Counted from the first letter of the stretch, positions 9,394 to 19,017 are shown. The stretch is DNA of 64,000 nucleotides from Candidatus Saccharimonadales bacterium (GCA_041600755.1 JBFIJL010000001.1:122896-186895), one strand, 5' to 3'. Made by a program: numbers and translations. Notes: generated by a model from the sequence alone, not told the origin.

Positions 9394-9774
9394 ATGCAAC
9401 AACAAGGACAATTTCAATTTCTAGCGACACCTGGCAGTACATTTGTAACCTTTATTGTTTCAGCGGTAATGATCTACATCCCCATAGTCGGGTTTGCATT
9501 CGCGATTAACTATTTTTCAGGATGGATTGCAGACAACATCACAATAAACGGACAAAAGATAAAATTCGAAAGTTCATTTGGTGAGACATGGATTTTCTTC
9601 TTTGTGCAAATGCTTTTAGTGGCTGTCACTTTTGGAATCTATATTTTTTGGTACGTCCCTAAAGCGTACAACTTTATCCTTAACCACGTGTCATTTGTAC
9701 CAGCAAATCCTGTTACACAACAAGCACCAGTGGCGGCACAAACTCAACCTACACAAAACACTGCAGTAATCTGA
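9394..9774 (+). CDS. Small polytopic membrane protein (DUF898/YjgN-like by eye)
   Basis: 126 aa with AAAGGA Shine-Dalgarno (SD) 7 nt upstream, two or three TM helices and a Q/P-rich tail. Confidence 0.5.
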   Translation: MQQQGQFQFLATPGSTFVTFIVSAVMIYIPIVGFAFAINYFSGWIADNITINGQKIKFESSFGETWIFFFVQMLLVAVTFGIYIFWYVPKAYNFILNHVSFVPANPVTQQAPVAAQTQPTQNTAVI

Positions 9775-9804
9775 ACGCAAAACAAAACCTATGCCCACCG
9801 ATGG

Positions 9805-10287
9805 TTAGTGTTTATTTTTTGAATGTCCTTTGTTTTTATTTAAAAGCCATAGAGTCGCAAGCTGGAATCCAACAACCACCCCGATTACGAGTTCAATGGA
9901 TTCATAGGCTTGAGCACCAATCTCAGTTGAAGTAGCTCTGGCAAGCATCTCTGTAGGCAGTGTAGGCAATGCAAATGCCGCCAATACTACTCCTGCTATA
10001 AGTAGAGGGATCCATGCGTAAAAGAGCTTGGTCTTTTCGATGCTCCCTTTTAGGAATAAAGCCGTGAACAGTATGGGTAGTACGATTATCACCAGCTCAG
10101 CATAGTGCGCAAAGGTCTCGCTGTTAGTTAGTGACTTGATTACCAACTCTGCATCATCACCAAAATATCTCCCCAGAAGTTCGCCGGCCATTACACTAAA
10201 AAACAAATGTGATGGATTCACTCTAAACAAGATTCCAAGTAGCAACGGAAAGCCGGTCAGAGCGCCAAGAATTATATAACTAGACAT
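9805..10287 (-). CDS. Hypothetical polytopic membrane protein
   Basis: 160 aa with about five hydrophobic helices. No recognised motif. Confidence 0.5.
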   Translation of the reverse strand: MSSYIILGALTGFPLLLGILFRVNPSHLFFSVMAGELLGRYFGDDAELVIKSLTNSETFAHYAELVIIVLPILFTALFLKGSIEKTKLFYAWIPLLIAGVVLAAFALPTLPTEMLARATSTEIGAQAYESIELVIGVVVGFQLATLWLLNKNKGHSKNKH

Positions 10288-10309
10288 TACCGGTTTATCA
10301 TAGCAAACT

Positions 10310-10801
10310 TTATAGGTTCTGCTCTATGGTAAGTTTTAGTGGCCGTGTTAGTGAATCACCAACACCACCTTTTAGTTCCAAAACATAGCGCACCGGCTGG
10401 CTTGGGCAAAATGTATCAGGATAGGATGACGGATCTGCTGACGGCTCTAAATCTATTACCTCATAATTGGCGTCTAGCCAGAATATATCAAGTGGAAAAT
10501 CAACGTCCTTCATCCAGAAACAATAAGTATAGTCTTCTTCAAAGACAAAAAGCATACCTTCATTGGGCAGGATGTCATCACGTCCACCCAGTCCCTTCAT
10601 GCGCTTTTGGTTGGTGTCTGCTAGCTCAACCTGAAACTGTTTACCTCCGAAGGATACAAGTGCTTTTTGATATTCAGCAGGCGGCGCCACAGACACAGAC
10701 CTGTATGCCGAGATGCTCAAAATAACAAACAATAAAATGGCAGCTAGAAGTATCGAGAGTTTACGCGCCGACACGGTCACGCTTGCGCTTGCCTTTGGCA
10801 T
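10310..10801 (-). CDS. DUF192 domain protein with N-terminal signal anchor
   Basis: CFWMKDVDFPLDIFWLD matches the DUF192 core. Start is ambiguous (ATG 10837/10813/10801, GTG 10780); every option overlaps the rimK 3' end. Confidence 0.65.
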   Translation of the reverse strand: MPKASASVTVSARKLSILLAAILLFVILSISAYRSVSVAPPAEYQKALVSFGGKQFQVELADTNQKRMKGLGGRDDILPNEGMLFVFEEDYTYCFWMKDVDFPLDIFWLDANYEVIDLEPSADPSSYPDTFCPSQPVRYVLELKGGVGDSLTRPLKLTIEQNL

Positions 10802-11675
10802 TTTGCTCAACATAGTCAAGAATTTGTCCGGCAACATTGCGCCCAGTCACCTTCTCGATTGCAAATCCGGGGCTGGCGTTTACTTCAAGTATAAGCGGCC
10901 CACGGTCGCTGCGCATCATGTCGACACCGCAAATCGGCAGGCCAATTGCTTTTGCGGCCTTAGTAACTGTTTTGCGCTCTTCTGGTGTCAATTTTATCAC
11001 CTTACCTTCACCGCCTTGATGTAAGTTTGAACGAAAATCATCGTCAAGGCTCTGACGCTTCATACTTGCAACAACCTTGCCGCCAACCACGATTGCACGA
11101 ATATCAACGCCTGCTGACTCCTTTACGAACTCCTGAAGCAAGATGTTGGTTCCGTCGTCGTCCATCACATAGAATGCTTGAAGTACAGACTTGGCAGCCT
11201 TCTTGGTTTCGGCCAAAACAACACCATTGCCGTGTGTTCCACGGGCAAGCTTAATGATAATTGGCGTTCCGCCCAAACCTTCAATTAGTTCATCAATGTC
11301 AGTTGTAACACCGCGAGAGAAAACTGTTTTGGGTATACCCACACCTGCACGAGACAAAAGCTGCATGCTACGAAGCTTATCGCGCGAACGAACAAGAGCA
11401 ATAGAACTTGTTGTCGTGTAGACACCCTGCATCTCGAACTGCCTAACGATTGAACTTCCATAACGTGTATAACTACTGGCAATTCTAGGAATAATCACAT
11501 CGTAGTCTTTGAGAGGCTCACCCCGGTACGTTACGACTGGATTGTTTTTTTCGATAGTAGCGTAGCACTGCGAATAGTCAATAACGTCCACATCATGACC
11601 ACGCTCCAAAGCCTCTTCTTTGAGTCGCTTTGTTGAGTAGTTGCCAGGGCCTTTGGATAAAATCGCAATTCTCAT
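10761..11675 (-). CDS. rimK: RimK-type ATP-grasp ligase (ribosomal protein S6 glutamate ligase family)
   Basis: MRIAILS...TKRLKEEALERGH N-terminus. 304 aa with ATP-grasp motifs (IIKLARGTHGNGV, EVNASPG). Confidence 0.85.
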   Translation of the reverse strand: MRIAILSKGPGNYSTKRLKEEALERGHDVDVIDYSQCYATIEKNNPVVTYRGEPLKDYDVIIPRIASSYTRYGSSIVRQFEMQGVYTTTSSIALVRSRDKLRSMQLLSRAGVGIPKTVFSRGVTTDIDELIEGLGGTPIIIKLARGTHGNGVVLAETKKAAKSVLQAFYVMDDDGTNILLQEFVKESAGVDIRAIVVGGKVVASMKRQSLDDDFRSNLHQGGEGKVIKLTPEERKTVTKAAKAIGLPICGVDMMRSDRGPLILEVNASPGFAIEKVTGRNVAGQILDYVEQNAKGKRKRDRVGA

Positions 11676-11684
11676 ATCTGAACC

Positions 11685-12113
11685 TTACTTACTTGCCTTA
11701 AGCACGTCAACCAAAAATCCATGTTCTGCTAAAAATCTACGACCAATAAGCACATCAAGACTCATCTCTGAGCGGTCGGCGAGTGTCAACGTTATTGGTA
11801 GTGTTTCACCCGCAATAGTAATTCGTGTATTTACAAAGAATCGCTCTTGCTCAATACCATTGCTGCTTTTTACTGGACCAGTTGAATAGTCACGAGTCTG
11901 AATTTCGATATCTGGATGGTCAAACGGCGAGAATTTTAAAACTCTGCCTTTTTTGTCTTCATCTTCATGGATTTCAGTACAGTGCAGTGATCCGGTAAAT
12001 GCGCCAGTGTCTATTTTTGCAAGCAGTGGCGCCATTGGCGTGAAATCAGGAAAACTCACATGCTCATTGCGACCAAGTATTTTATTTTTTGCAACGGCGA
12101 TTGTCTTTGACAT
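11685..12113 (-). CDS. Retropepsin-like 'ATP-dependent zinc protease' family protein (RimB-like RimK partner)
   Basis: AKIDTGAFTGSLH aspartic-protease-like motif. 142 aa, immediately upstream of rimK as in the rimB-rimK portion of rimABK-type operons. Confidence 0.7.
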   Translation of the reverse strand: MSKTIAVAKNKILGRNEHVSFPDFTPMAPLLAKIDTGAFTGSLHCTEIHEDEDKKGRVLKFSPFDHPDIEIQTRDYSTGPVKSSNGIEQERFFVNTRITIAGETLPITLTLADRSEMSLDVLIGRRFLAEHGFLVDVLKASK

Positions 12114-12145
12114 AACCTTCTAATTATAGCATAGATTGAATTATT

Positions 12146-12271
12146 TTACAACCCTTGTGCTTTTTTGACGCGCAAGAAAACTAGCACGATGGCGGTCATT
12201 ACAATAACGATCATCATGACAATCATTGTGATGAATCCTTGCGCATTGTGTAGTGTTTTCGTTTTTTTCAT
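12146..12271 (-). CDS. Possible 41-aa single-TM micro-protein
   Basis: Manually translated ORF MKKTKTLHNAQGFITMIVMMIVIVMTAIVLVFLRVKKAQGL, lying between dnaJ and the rimB-like gene. No clear SD. Confidence 0.3.
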   Translation of the reverse strand: MKKTKTLHNAQGFITMIVMMIVIVMTAIVLVFLRVKKAQGL

Positions 12272-12311
12272 AGTTACTAAAAGTGTAGCAGAATTGGTGC
12301 GTAAACTTTAT

Positions 12312-13385
12312 TTAAAAGTCTTCTAGTAGCTTCTTTTGAGCTCGCGAAAGTTTTGTCGGTGTATCAACAATAATTGTGACGATATGCGCACCCCTGGAGT
12401 CTTTACGCAAGTGCGTTACACCATGACCACTCAGTTTAAAGTCAGTGCCGCTCTGTGTTCCAGCTGGTACCTTCATAGTCACCGGGCCATCGACAGTACT
12501 TACTTCGATCTCTGTTCCTAGCGCTGCGGCCACCATATCAACGTGTTCATCTGACAAGATTAGATCGCCTTCACGGGTGAAATGTTTATGCGGTTTTACG
12601 CGAACATTCACGTACAAGTCACCTTTATGACCATCTGCAACCGCTTCACCATGCTCACGCAACCTGATTGTCGCCCCATCATCAATGCCAGCAGGGATTT
12701 TCAAAGAAATCTTTTGCTTGGTTCGCTCGGTGCCCTTTCCCTTGCAGTTGGTGCAGGTTTTTTCTGGTATCTTACCTTTTCCTTTGCAGGTCGGACATGT
12801 CACTGCCTGCTGCATATTGCCAAAAACAGTTTGCATGACACGTACTACCTGCCCAGCGCCTTGACACTCATCACAGGTTTTGACGTCATGACCGGGTTCG
12901 GCAGTAGTTCCCTTACAATGAGAACAAATATCATCTAGCTGTAAATTTAGGTCAACCTCAGTGCCGAATACTGCTGATTCAAATGAAATTTCGACATCTG
13001 TTTCAACGTCTCGACCGCGACTTGACCTTCGACCACCTTGGCCGCCACCACCGCCTCCAAAAAAGCTACTAAAAATATCACCAAGACCAAGATCGCCAAA
13101 GTCGAAGTTCACATTCTGTCCTTGACCACCAAAACCGGCGTATGGGTTGCCACCACCGCCTCCAGATCCACCGACGCCAGCGTGTCCAAATTGGTCATAA
13201 CGTTGGCGCTTACTCGAATCTTTCAAGACTTCGTAGGCTTCGTTTATTTCTTTAAACTTTGCCTCGTCTCCACCTTCTTTATCAGGATGATACTGAATCG
13301 CTTTTTTCCGAAAAGCCTTCTTTAGTTCATCAGCACTTGCGCCCTTGGCGACACCTAATACTTCATAATAATCACGTTTACTCAT
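12312..13385 (-). CDS. dnaJ: Chaperone DnaJ
   Basis: J-domain DYYEVLGV...HPD, G-rich linker and four CxxCxGxG zinc-finger repeats. Confidence 0.95.
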   Translation of the reverse strand: MSKRDYYEVLGVAKGASADELKKAFRKKAIQYHPDKEGGDEAKFKEINEAYEVLKDSSKRQRYDQFGHAGVGGSGGGGGNPYAGFGGQGQNVNFDFGDLGLGDIFSSFFGGGGGGQGGRRSSRGRDVETDVEISFESAVFGTEVDLNLQLDDICSHCKGTTAEPGHDVKTCDECQGAGQVVRVMQTVFGNMQQAVTCPTCKGKGKIPEKTCTNCKGKGTERTKQKISLKIPAGIDDGATIRLREHGEAVADGHKGDLYVNVRVKPHKHFTREGDLILSDEHVDMVAAALGTEIEVSTVDGPVTMKVPAGTQSGTDFKLSGHGVTHLRKDSRGAHIVTIIVDTPTKLSRAQKKLLEDF

Positions 13386-13395
13386 TGGATCTATT

Positions 13396-13422
13396 TTAGC
13401 ACTTGAGGGTGATGAGTGCCAG
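13396..13422 (-). promoter_or_regulatory. CIRCE-like HrcA operator upstream of dnaJ
   Basis: TTAGCACTT-N9-GAGTGCCAG versus consensus TTAGCACTC-N9-GAGTGCTAA (15/18), 10 nt from the dnaJ start. Confidence 0.6.
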
Positions 13423-13427
13423 TTTTT

Positions 13428-14183
13428 TTATAGGAGCGAAAGCCAGTATTCCTGAAATTTGAAATAAATCATAAAGGCAATAATTAAATAGGCCGTAAGT
13501 ATAGCTACAGGCATGTTTTTTTCTAAATAATCTTTAACTAAAACTGGAGTTTTTATCGCACCTATGAGTGATGCATATAGCGTCACGTAGAGGAAAGTAG
13601 GAATAACCATCAACCAAACAGATATACAAAACAGGCATAATGCGCCAATGCTATAAAGTGATTGCCAGATCAGCCACATGCAAAATGCAGCACCGAATGC
13701 CGTTCCGAGCCATAATGCCTGCCACCACCATTTCTTAAAAGCGCCACCTGCCAGCAAACTCATACCGGCAATGATTAGCGCACCAAATCCAAACACGCCA
13801 AGAATAGGATTTGGGATCCCACCAAATGCACTAGCCTGGGCGCTGCCAATAATTGGCGAACAAGCCACAACAGGACTAATTGAGCACGGTGTTACATAAT
13901 CGGGATTTTGCAAAAGCTCGATTTTTTCACGGGTAAGGTTCACGGCAGCGGCCATGCCAATTGACCCAACGAATATAAGCAAAAATGGCAAAATAACTTC
14001 AAGTTTTTTTCGGAGGTTTTTCTGCCTGATTGCAATGGGTCGAATAAGTATAACTACGAGAGCAAGTGTGGCGAATAGCAATCCAAAGTACCAGTAAATT
14101 GAATGATAGGTAACAAAAATTGCAATTAAGCTAGTAAATAGCGGCACGGTGGCCGCAATAAGTTTTGAGTGTTTAAAAATCAT
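13428..14183 (-). CDS. Vitamin K epoxide reductase (VKOR) family membrane protein
   Basis: Loop Cys pair C-x7-C (TPCSISPVVAC), then SAFGGIPNPILG, and a CLFC (CxxC) motif in a TM helix. Confidence 0.75.
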   Translation of the reverse strand: MIFKHSKLIAATVPLFTSLIAIFVTYHSIYWYFGLLFATLALVVILIRPIAIRQKNLRKKLEVILPFLLIFVGSIGMAAAVNLTREKIELLQNPDYVTPCSISPVVACSPIIGSAQASAFGGIPNPILGVFGFGALIIAGMSLLAGGAFKKWWWQALWLGTAFGAAFCMWLIWQSLYSIGALCLFCISVWLMVIPTFLYVTLYASLIGAIKTPVLVKDYLEKNMPVAILTAYLIIAFMIYFKFQEYWLSLL

Positions 14184-14198
14184 GACCTTAAGTATAGG

Positions 14199-15731
14199 TT
14201 ATTTCTCGAATAAATCATCACCTAAGTGTTTCTTGAGACGAGCCCGAATGCTGCCTTCGTGTCGGCCCAACAACTTTGCCAGCTTAGCTACAGGCTTGCC
14301 GTCGCTCCATGCCAACAGCAAGGTGTCATCCTCTATTTTTTTCCAGGGCTTGTAAGCGTTAGGGTGGTCCTTTCTCATGACCTCGACTTTGGCCGACCAG
14401 TCACCAGCCGCAGCTTTTTTCTTGGTACGCTTATCGCGAGTCTTCTGCTTTTTCTCATATGATGACACCAGATGCTTGAAATCTAGCTGGTGAGCTTTTG
14501 AAAGTGAGCGCAGTCTTTCGTCAATTTCATGAGCCTGCTCATTAAGCTGCAGGGCCATCTTGTTTATGCCAGCCAGTGTTAACGTATCAAGACTTTTTAC
14601 TCGGGACAGTGCCACATACCCCATGCCTGGCACAAAAGCATTCTGCAAATCTATGTGCGCCGCATCGAGCGTCATGCCCTGACTCTTGTGTACTGTAATC
14701 GCCCACGCAAGCCTCAAGGGTAATTGCGAAAGTCCCGCAATCTTCTTCTCACCATCACGCATCTCCCAAGCATCGGCTTCAACGGTTATTTTACGACCCT
14801 CACGAGTCTCGACAATTGGCATGGCATCCTCGTCATCACCAAAACCAATAACGGTACCTAGTGTGCCATTGGCATATTTTTTGTCGCTAGAATTTTTAAC
14901 AAACATCACAAATGCACCTTTTTTAAGCTGCAGTGTTTCTGGTGCGAGGCAAGATTTTTTAAGTGACTCAATCGCTCCTTTTCGCCCAGTGCTAGTCATG
15001 TCATATTCATACAGCTCGCCATCCATGGCATCCAACTTAGACTGATTCACGACATCGACATTTATGTTCTTGGTGTACAGCTCAGTTACAGGCTCATCAA
15101 ATGGTGAGCGCGGAATCTTACGAGCGAGCAACAATTCGGCGTGTCGACGGCGCAAATCATTGTCACGCATAGCTGTCAGTATTTCTAATAGAGAATCATC
15201 CTCTTGGCGATGCTGTTCAGATAGATAGCAAATTGTTGGTTGAATTGCCTCCCATGATTGCGAGCCAACGACGAACCCCCCCTGCTTGCTGTCGTGACGA
15301 TTTACCGGCGGAAGTTGATAAAAATCACCAGACAATACAATTTGCAGCCCACCGAATGGCTCGTCCTTATCACGAACCAGTCTGCAAACCTGTTCGACAA
15401 GATCCAATCGAAAATCATGCAGCATCGACACCTCGTCAATAATTAAGACATCGGCACCAGCTATTTGATCCTTACGCGATTTACTCATTTCCCGGATAGA
15501 TTTTGGCTGCAGCTCATCAGCAATGCCAATCCCTGCCCACGAATGAATTGTGCTACCGCCTAAATGAGTAGCTGCTAAACCAGTTGATGCTGTAACCGCT
15601 ACAGACTTACCGTCGCTTCGTGCGTTTTTGATGAATTGATTTAGAACATAGGTTTTTCCAGAGCCTGCCGGGCCGGTCAAAAAAACCGATTGTCCATCAT
15701 CTAAAATAGCCAAAGCTTCAGTTTGAGTCAT
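14199..15731 (-). CDS. PIF1/RecD-like superfamily 1 DNA helicase with C-terminal HTH-like tail
   Basis: Walker A FLTGPAGSGKTY, DEVSML, and the C-terminal VHKSQG motif of RecD/Pif1 helicases. Confidence 0.8.
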   Translation of the reverse strand: MTQTEALAILDDGQSVFLTGPAGSGKTYVLNQFIKNARSDGKSVAVTASTGLAATHLGGSTIHSWAGIGIADELQPKSIREMSKSRKDQIAGADVLIIDEVSMLHDFRLDLVEQVCRLVRDKDEPFGGLQIVLSGDFYQLPPVNRHDSKQGGFVVGSQSWEAIQPTICYLSEQHRQEDDSLLEILTAMRDNDLRRRHAELLLARKIPRSPFDEPVTELYTKNINVDVVNQSKLDAMDGELYEYDMTSTGRKGAIESLKKSCLAPETLQLKKGAFVMFVKNSSDKKYANGTLGTVIGFGDDEDAMPIVETREGRKITVEADAWEMRDGEKKIAGLSQLPLRLAWAITVHKSQGMTLDAAHIDLQNAFVPGMGYVALSRVKSLDTLTLAGINKMALQLNEQAHEIDERLRSLSKAHQLDFKHLVSSYEKKQKTRDKRTKKKAAAGDWSAKVEVMRKDHPNAYKPWKKIEDDTLLLAWSDGKPVAKLAKLLGRHEGSIRARLKKHLGDDLFEK

Positions 15732-15944
15732 ATGCCTCTAAGTATAGCGTCTATTAGCGACATGGTCTGTTGTTGTTTTCCAAAATATGACTTTTTTTCG
15801 AAGCTGTTAGATCGCTCTATCTGGTTCAGTTTTTTCTTTATCATCCTGGACTTGCTGGAGATAAATTTTAGCGGCACGTTCAAACATAATCTTTGGCTCA
15901 TCCTCATCAGACTGCGTCTCGGGTGCGACAGGATTATCCGACAG

Positions 15945-16193
15945 TCATCGTAGGTGTTGTGTGGGTTTATTGCCGCGTACCGCGGTAGTTGCATCGGCTT
16001 TGCGCAGCCGAACGTCCAATACCGCATGAAGCGCCGTGAATGCAAACATTCTGCCGCGTGGGTCAGCGTCTTCAAGTAGTGGCTTCCAATGATCTATTAA
16101 ATCTGGGCTTTCAGAAAGTCGAGCGAGTACCGAATCCTTAAATGCTGGCCACGATGGATCATCACGAATTAACGCTTTCTCAAACGCAGACAT
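15945..16193 (-). CDS. Hypothetical 82-aa protein translationally coupled to dnaK
   Basis: Its ATG overlaps the dnaK TAA (TAATG). It ends at a TGA that is followed by 45 more in-frame sense codons. Confidence 0.45.
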   Translation of the reverse strand: MSAFEKALIRDDPSWPAFKDSVLARLSESPDLIDHWKPLLEDADPRGRMFAFTALHAVLDVRLRKADATTAVRGNKPTQHLR

Positions 16194-18121
16194 TATTTTT
16201 CTGGCTTGTCGTCAGTTTTGTCGTCGACTACTTCGCCCTCTTGTGCATCTTTGGCTTTATCTTCAGTCTTTTCTTCGGAGTCGCCTTCTGCATCACCAGA
16301 CTCATTGGCAGCCGCTTCGTACATTTTGGCGCCAATTGGCATGATCTTTTCACTCAAGTTTTTGGCAGCCGCCTCTAGTGCTTCCTTGTCTGCCGACTCG
16401 TCAGCAACAGTTTTCTTTGCTGCCTCAACAGCTTCATCCATGGTCTTCTTATCGTCGTCAGATAGCTTATCTTCGTTGTCTGATTTCATTTTTTCGGCCT
16501 GATACACTGCTGAATCCAGTGTGTTTCGAGCATCAATTGCTTCACGCTTTTTCTTGTCCTCGTCAGCATGAGCCTCCGCATCTTTCGCCATTTTTTCCAC
16601 TTCTTCTTTTGAAAGACCAGAGCTATTCTGAATAGTAATGCTCTGTTCTTTTCCAGAGCCCTTATCCTTAGCGCTGACATTTAGAATTCCGTTGGCGTCG
16701 ATATTGAATGTCACTTCAATTTGCGGCACACCACGTGGCGCAGATGGAATTCCATCAAGAACGAACCGACCAAGACTCTTGTTGTCGGAAACCATTTCGC
16801 GCTCACCTTGCACAACATGAATCTCTACTTGTGGCTGATTGTCGGCTGCAGTTGAGAATGTCTCACTCTTACTTGATGGAATTGTTGTGTTTCGCTCAAT
16901 CAACTTGGTGGCGACACCGCCAAGTGTTTCAATTCCAAGACTAAGTGGCGTTACGTCTAGAAGCAGAACGTCTTTAACGTCACCCTGGAGTACTCCACCC
17001 TGAATAGCAGCACCGATAGCTACAACCTCATCGGGATTCACGCCCTGCATTGGATCTTTTCCAAAGATTTTCTTTACTTTTTCTTGTACGGCGGGCATGC
17101 GGGTCATTCCTCCGACCAGTACAACTGCGTCAATGTCACTAGCTTTAAGTCCAGCATCTTTCAGAGCCTTTTCGCATGGAGCAGCTGTCTTATCAACAAG
17201 ATCGCCAACAAGGCTTTCGAGTTTTGCACGAGACAGCTTGTATTCAAAGTGCTTTGGACCATCAGCGTCGGCTGTCAAAAATGGTAGATTTACGTTTACT
17301 TCATTGGTTGTTGAAAGTTCGATTTTGGCTTTTTCGGCTTCATCACGTAATCGCTGCATGGCTGCTTTATCTTCTGAAATATCTAGGCCATGCTCTTTCT
17401 TGAACTCGTCTGCAAAGTGATTTACTAGGACGCGGTCAAAGTCAGCACCACCAAGGTGGGTATCACCGTTAGTAGACTTCACTTCAAAAACACCGTCACC
17501 GAGCTCTAAGATCGAGACATCAAATGTTCCACCGCCAAGGTCATAAACCGCAATTTTTTCGTCTTTGCCGCCTTTTTTATCAAGTCCATAGGCAAGTGCT
17601 GCTGCAGTCGGTTCGTTAATAATACGCTTTACTTCTAGGCCGGCAATTTTACCCGCGTCTTTAGTGGCCTGGCGCTGAGAATCGTCAAAGTATGCAGGAA
17701 CTGTAATGACAGCTTCTGTGACTTTGTCGCCCAAAAATGCTTCTGCATCAGTCTTGAGCTTACCAAGAATCATAGCGCTCACTTCTTCTGGACTATATTC
17801 TTTGTCGCCCATCTTGACCTTGACGCCGTTGCCGCTCTTGACCATTTCGTAGCCCATGAGCTTGAGGTCACGCTGCACTTCTTTGTCTTCCCAACGACGA
17901 CCAATAAGTCGTTTTACTTCATAGATGGTGTTGTTTGGATTTGTAACTTGTTGACGTCGTGCAACTTGACCAACAAGTCGTTCGCCGTTCTTGTTAAGCG
18001 CAACTACACTTGGTGTAGTGCGGCTACCTTCAGTGTTTGCAATAATCTCAGGCTTTCCTGACTGCATAACAGCCATGGCTGAGTTGGTTGTTCCAAGATC
18101 GATCCCTATAATTTTGCCCAT
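16193..18121 (-). CDS. dnaK: Chaperone DnaK (Hsp70)
   Basis: [17 protein letters not shown] and [10 protein letters not shown] signatures. 642 aa with AAGGAG SD. Confidence 0.97.
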   Translation of the reverse strand: MGKIIGIDLGTTNSAMAVMQSGKPEIIANTEGSRTTPSVVALNKNGERLVGQVARRQQVTNPNNTIYEVKRLIGRRWEDKEVQRDLKLMGYEMVKSGNGVKVKMGDKEYSPEEVSAMILGKLKTDAEAFLGDKVTEAVITVPAYFDDSQRQATKDAGKIAGLEVKRIINEPTAAALAYGLDKKGGKDEKIAVYDLGGGTFDVSILELGDGVFEVKSTNGDTHLGGADFDRVLVNHFADEFKKEHGLDISEDKAAMQRLRDEAEKAKIELSTTNEVNVNLPFLTADADGPKHFEYKLSRAKLESLVGDLVDKTAAPCEKALKDAGLKASDIDAVVLVGGMTRMPAVQEKVKKIFGKDPMQGVNPDEVVAIGAAIQGGVLQGDVKDVLLLDVTPLSLGIETLGGVATKLIERNTTIPSSKSETFSTAADNQPQVEIHVVQGEREMVSDNKSLGRFVLDGIPSAPRGVPQIEVTFNIDANGILNVSAKDKGSGKEQSITIQNSSGLSKEEVEKMAKDAEAHADEDKKKREAIDARNTLDSAVYQAEKMKSDNEDKLSDDDKKTMDEAVEAAKKTVADESADKEALEAAAKNLSEKIMPIGAKMYEAAANESGDAEGDSEEKTEDKAKDAQEGEVVDDKTDDKPEK

Positions 18122-18200
18122 TTTTGCTGCTCCTTGTTTAGGTTATCTGGCGCTTGGCACTCTACGTGCGCCTCTGCCAAAAAGTGTATCAAACCCATAA

Positions 18201-18227
18201 TTAGCAGTCAAGTATGTAGAGTGCCAA
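18201..18227 (-). promoter_or_regulatory. CIRCE-like HrcA operator in the dnaK promoter
   Basis: TTAGCAGTC-N9-GAGTGCCAA (16/18), overlapping a minus-strand TTGACT-17-TACACT promoter. A weaker second copy lies at 18154-18180. Confidence 0.65.
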
Positions 18228-18232
18228 TTTAG

Positions 18233-18556
18233 CTAGAGCAAGTCATTTTTAAGCGTAATGGTCACAGTTGCCTGCTCGGCACATGCGCCTTTCTGCTGAT
18301 TTCGAACGCATTGCCACATCTGCGGCTTCAAGCTATCTAATTCCTCGTCATCGAATTCATCAACAATTTCATCGGCGGCCGTCGGAGGGTACATATTTTG
18401 AGACAGAATTCCAGGGTGGATCTTTTTGAATGCACCGATAATAATGCGAACATCATGCTTTAGTAGCTGACCTCTGTCTTCAATTTCAACTTTTGTAAGC
18501 GGGCATGTCTCGCATGCTTCAAAGGGTCTAAGCTGAGCAACATTTCTATAGTTCAT
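18233..18556 (-). CDS. Hypothetical 107-aa Cys-containing protein between grpE and dnaK
   Basis: Its ATG overlaps the grpE TAA (TAATG). Contains CETCP and two further Cys; no recognised domain. Confidence 0.5.
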   Translation of the reverse strand: MNYRNVAQLRPFEACETCPLTKVEIEDRGQLLKHDVRIIIGAFKKIHPGILSQNMYPPTAADEIVDEFDDEELDSLKPQMWQCVRNQQKGACAEQATVTITLKNDLL

Positions 18557-19017
18557 TACTTCTCGGTTGTGACGCGAACCATTGCAGCACGAATAATCTG
18601 ATCGTGGAGGCGATATCCAGATTGCAACTCTTCGCTAACGATTTCTTTTTCGCCATCACCCTCTTCCATGCTAATCGCTTCATGAAACTCAGGGTCAAAC
18701 ACTTCTCCAGTAGTCTTGATGCGAGTCACGCCAATAGCACCAAGAGTATCTTCAAACTGCTTCACAACCCCTTGCACGCCCTTTACGTAGTCATTTTCTT
18801 TGAGGTCTGCTGGCACGTGTTTAAGTGCACGGTCAAAATTGTCTATGATCGGCAGAAATTGCTTTACGACATTAGCTTTGTGGACATCGCCAAGTGCCAA
18901 GCGGTCAATTTCTGCACGCTTACGAACATTTTCTGCGTCGGCTCGTTCGCGCTGCAGCGCTTCAGTCAGCATGGCAATTTGCTGCTCTAACTCTTCTTTT
19001 GTTGGTTTTTTGCTCAT
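18556..19017 (-). CDS. grpE: Nucleotide exchange factor GrpE (short, 153 aa)
   Basis: Coiled-coil N-terminus and a C-terminal GxxFDPxxHEA-type motif (GEVFDPEFHEAI). Confidence 0.9.
   Translation of the reverse strand: MSKKPTKEELEQQIAMLTEALQRERADAENVRKRAEIDRLALGDVHKANVVKQFLPIIDNFDRALKHVPADLKENDYVKGVQGVVKQFEDTLGAIGVTRIKTTGEVFDPEFHEAISMEEGDGEKEIVSEELQSGYRLHDQIIRAAMVRVTTEK

Noticed and set aside
10761-12271. ATP-grasp ligase + protease + 41-aa ORF as a graspetide/RiPP cluster.
   Set aside because: The ligase looks like canonical RimK in length and N-terminus. The small ORF is a plain TM helix lacking the Thr/Ser and Asp/Glu core expected of graspetide precursors.
15945-15947. Genome-wide TGA recoding (code 25/4) as an explanation for the in-frame TGA.
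   Set aside because: TGA clearly terminates well-defined genes here (pilM at 1955-57, pilO-like at 3236-38, the Cys-rich protein at 44169-71), each with a coupled downstream start.
15728-16075. 115-aa minus-strand ORF overlapping the dnaK-coupled 82-aa ORF in another frame.
   Set aside because: It has no coupling or SD and a Arg/Cys/Leu-rich translation. The alternative frame (82 aa plus in-frame continuation) has the TAATG coupling to dnaK.
16206-18200. Numerous plus-strand track ORFs (60-107 aa) antisense to dnaK. Similar antisense ORFs occur inside ftsH, murJ, lepA, the P-type ATPase, ruvB, dnaJ and the 773-aa gene.
   Set aside because: They lie wholly within strongly supported genes on the other strand and have low-complexity Ser/Ala/Leu-rich translations typical of antisense frames. 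They also lack start context.
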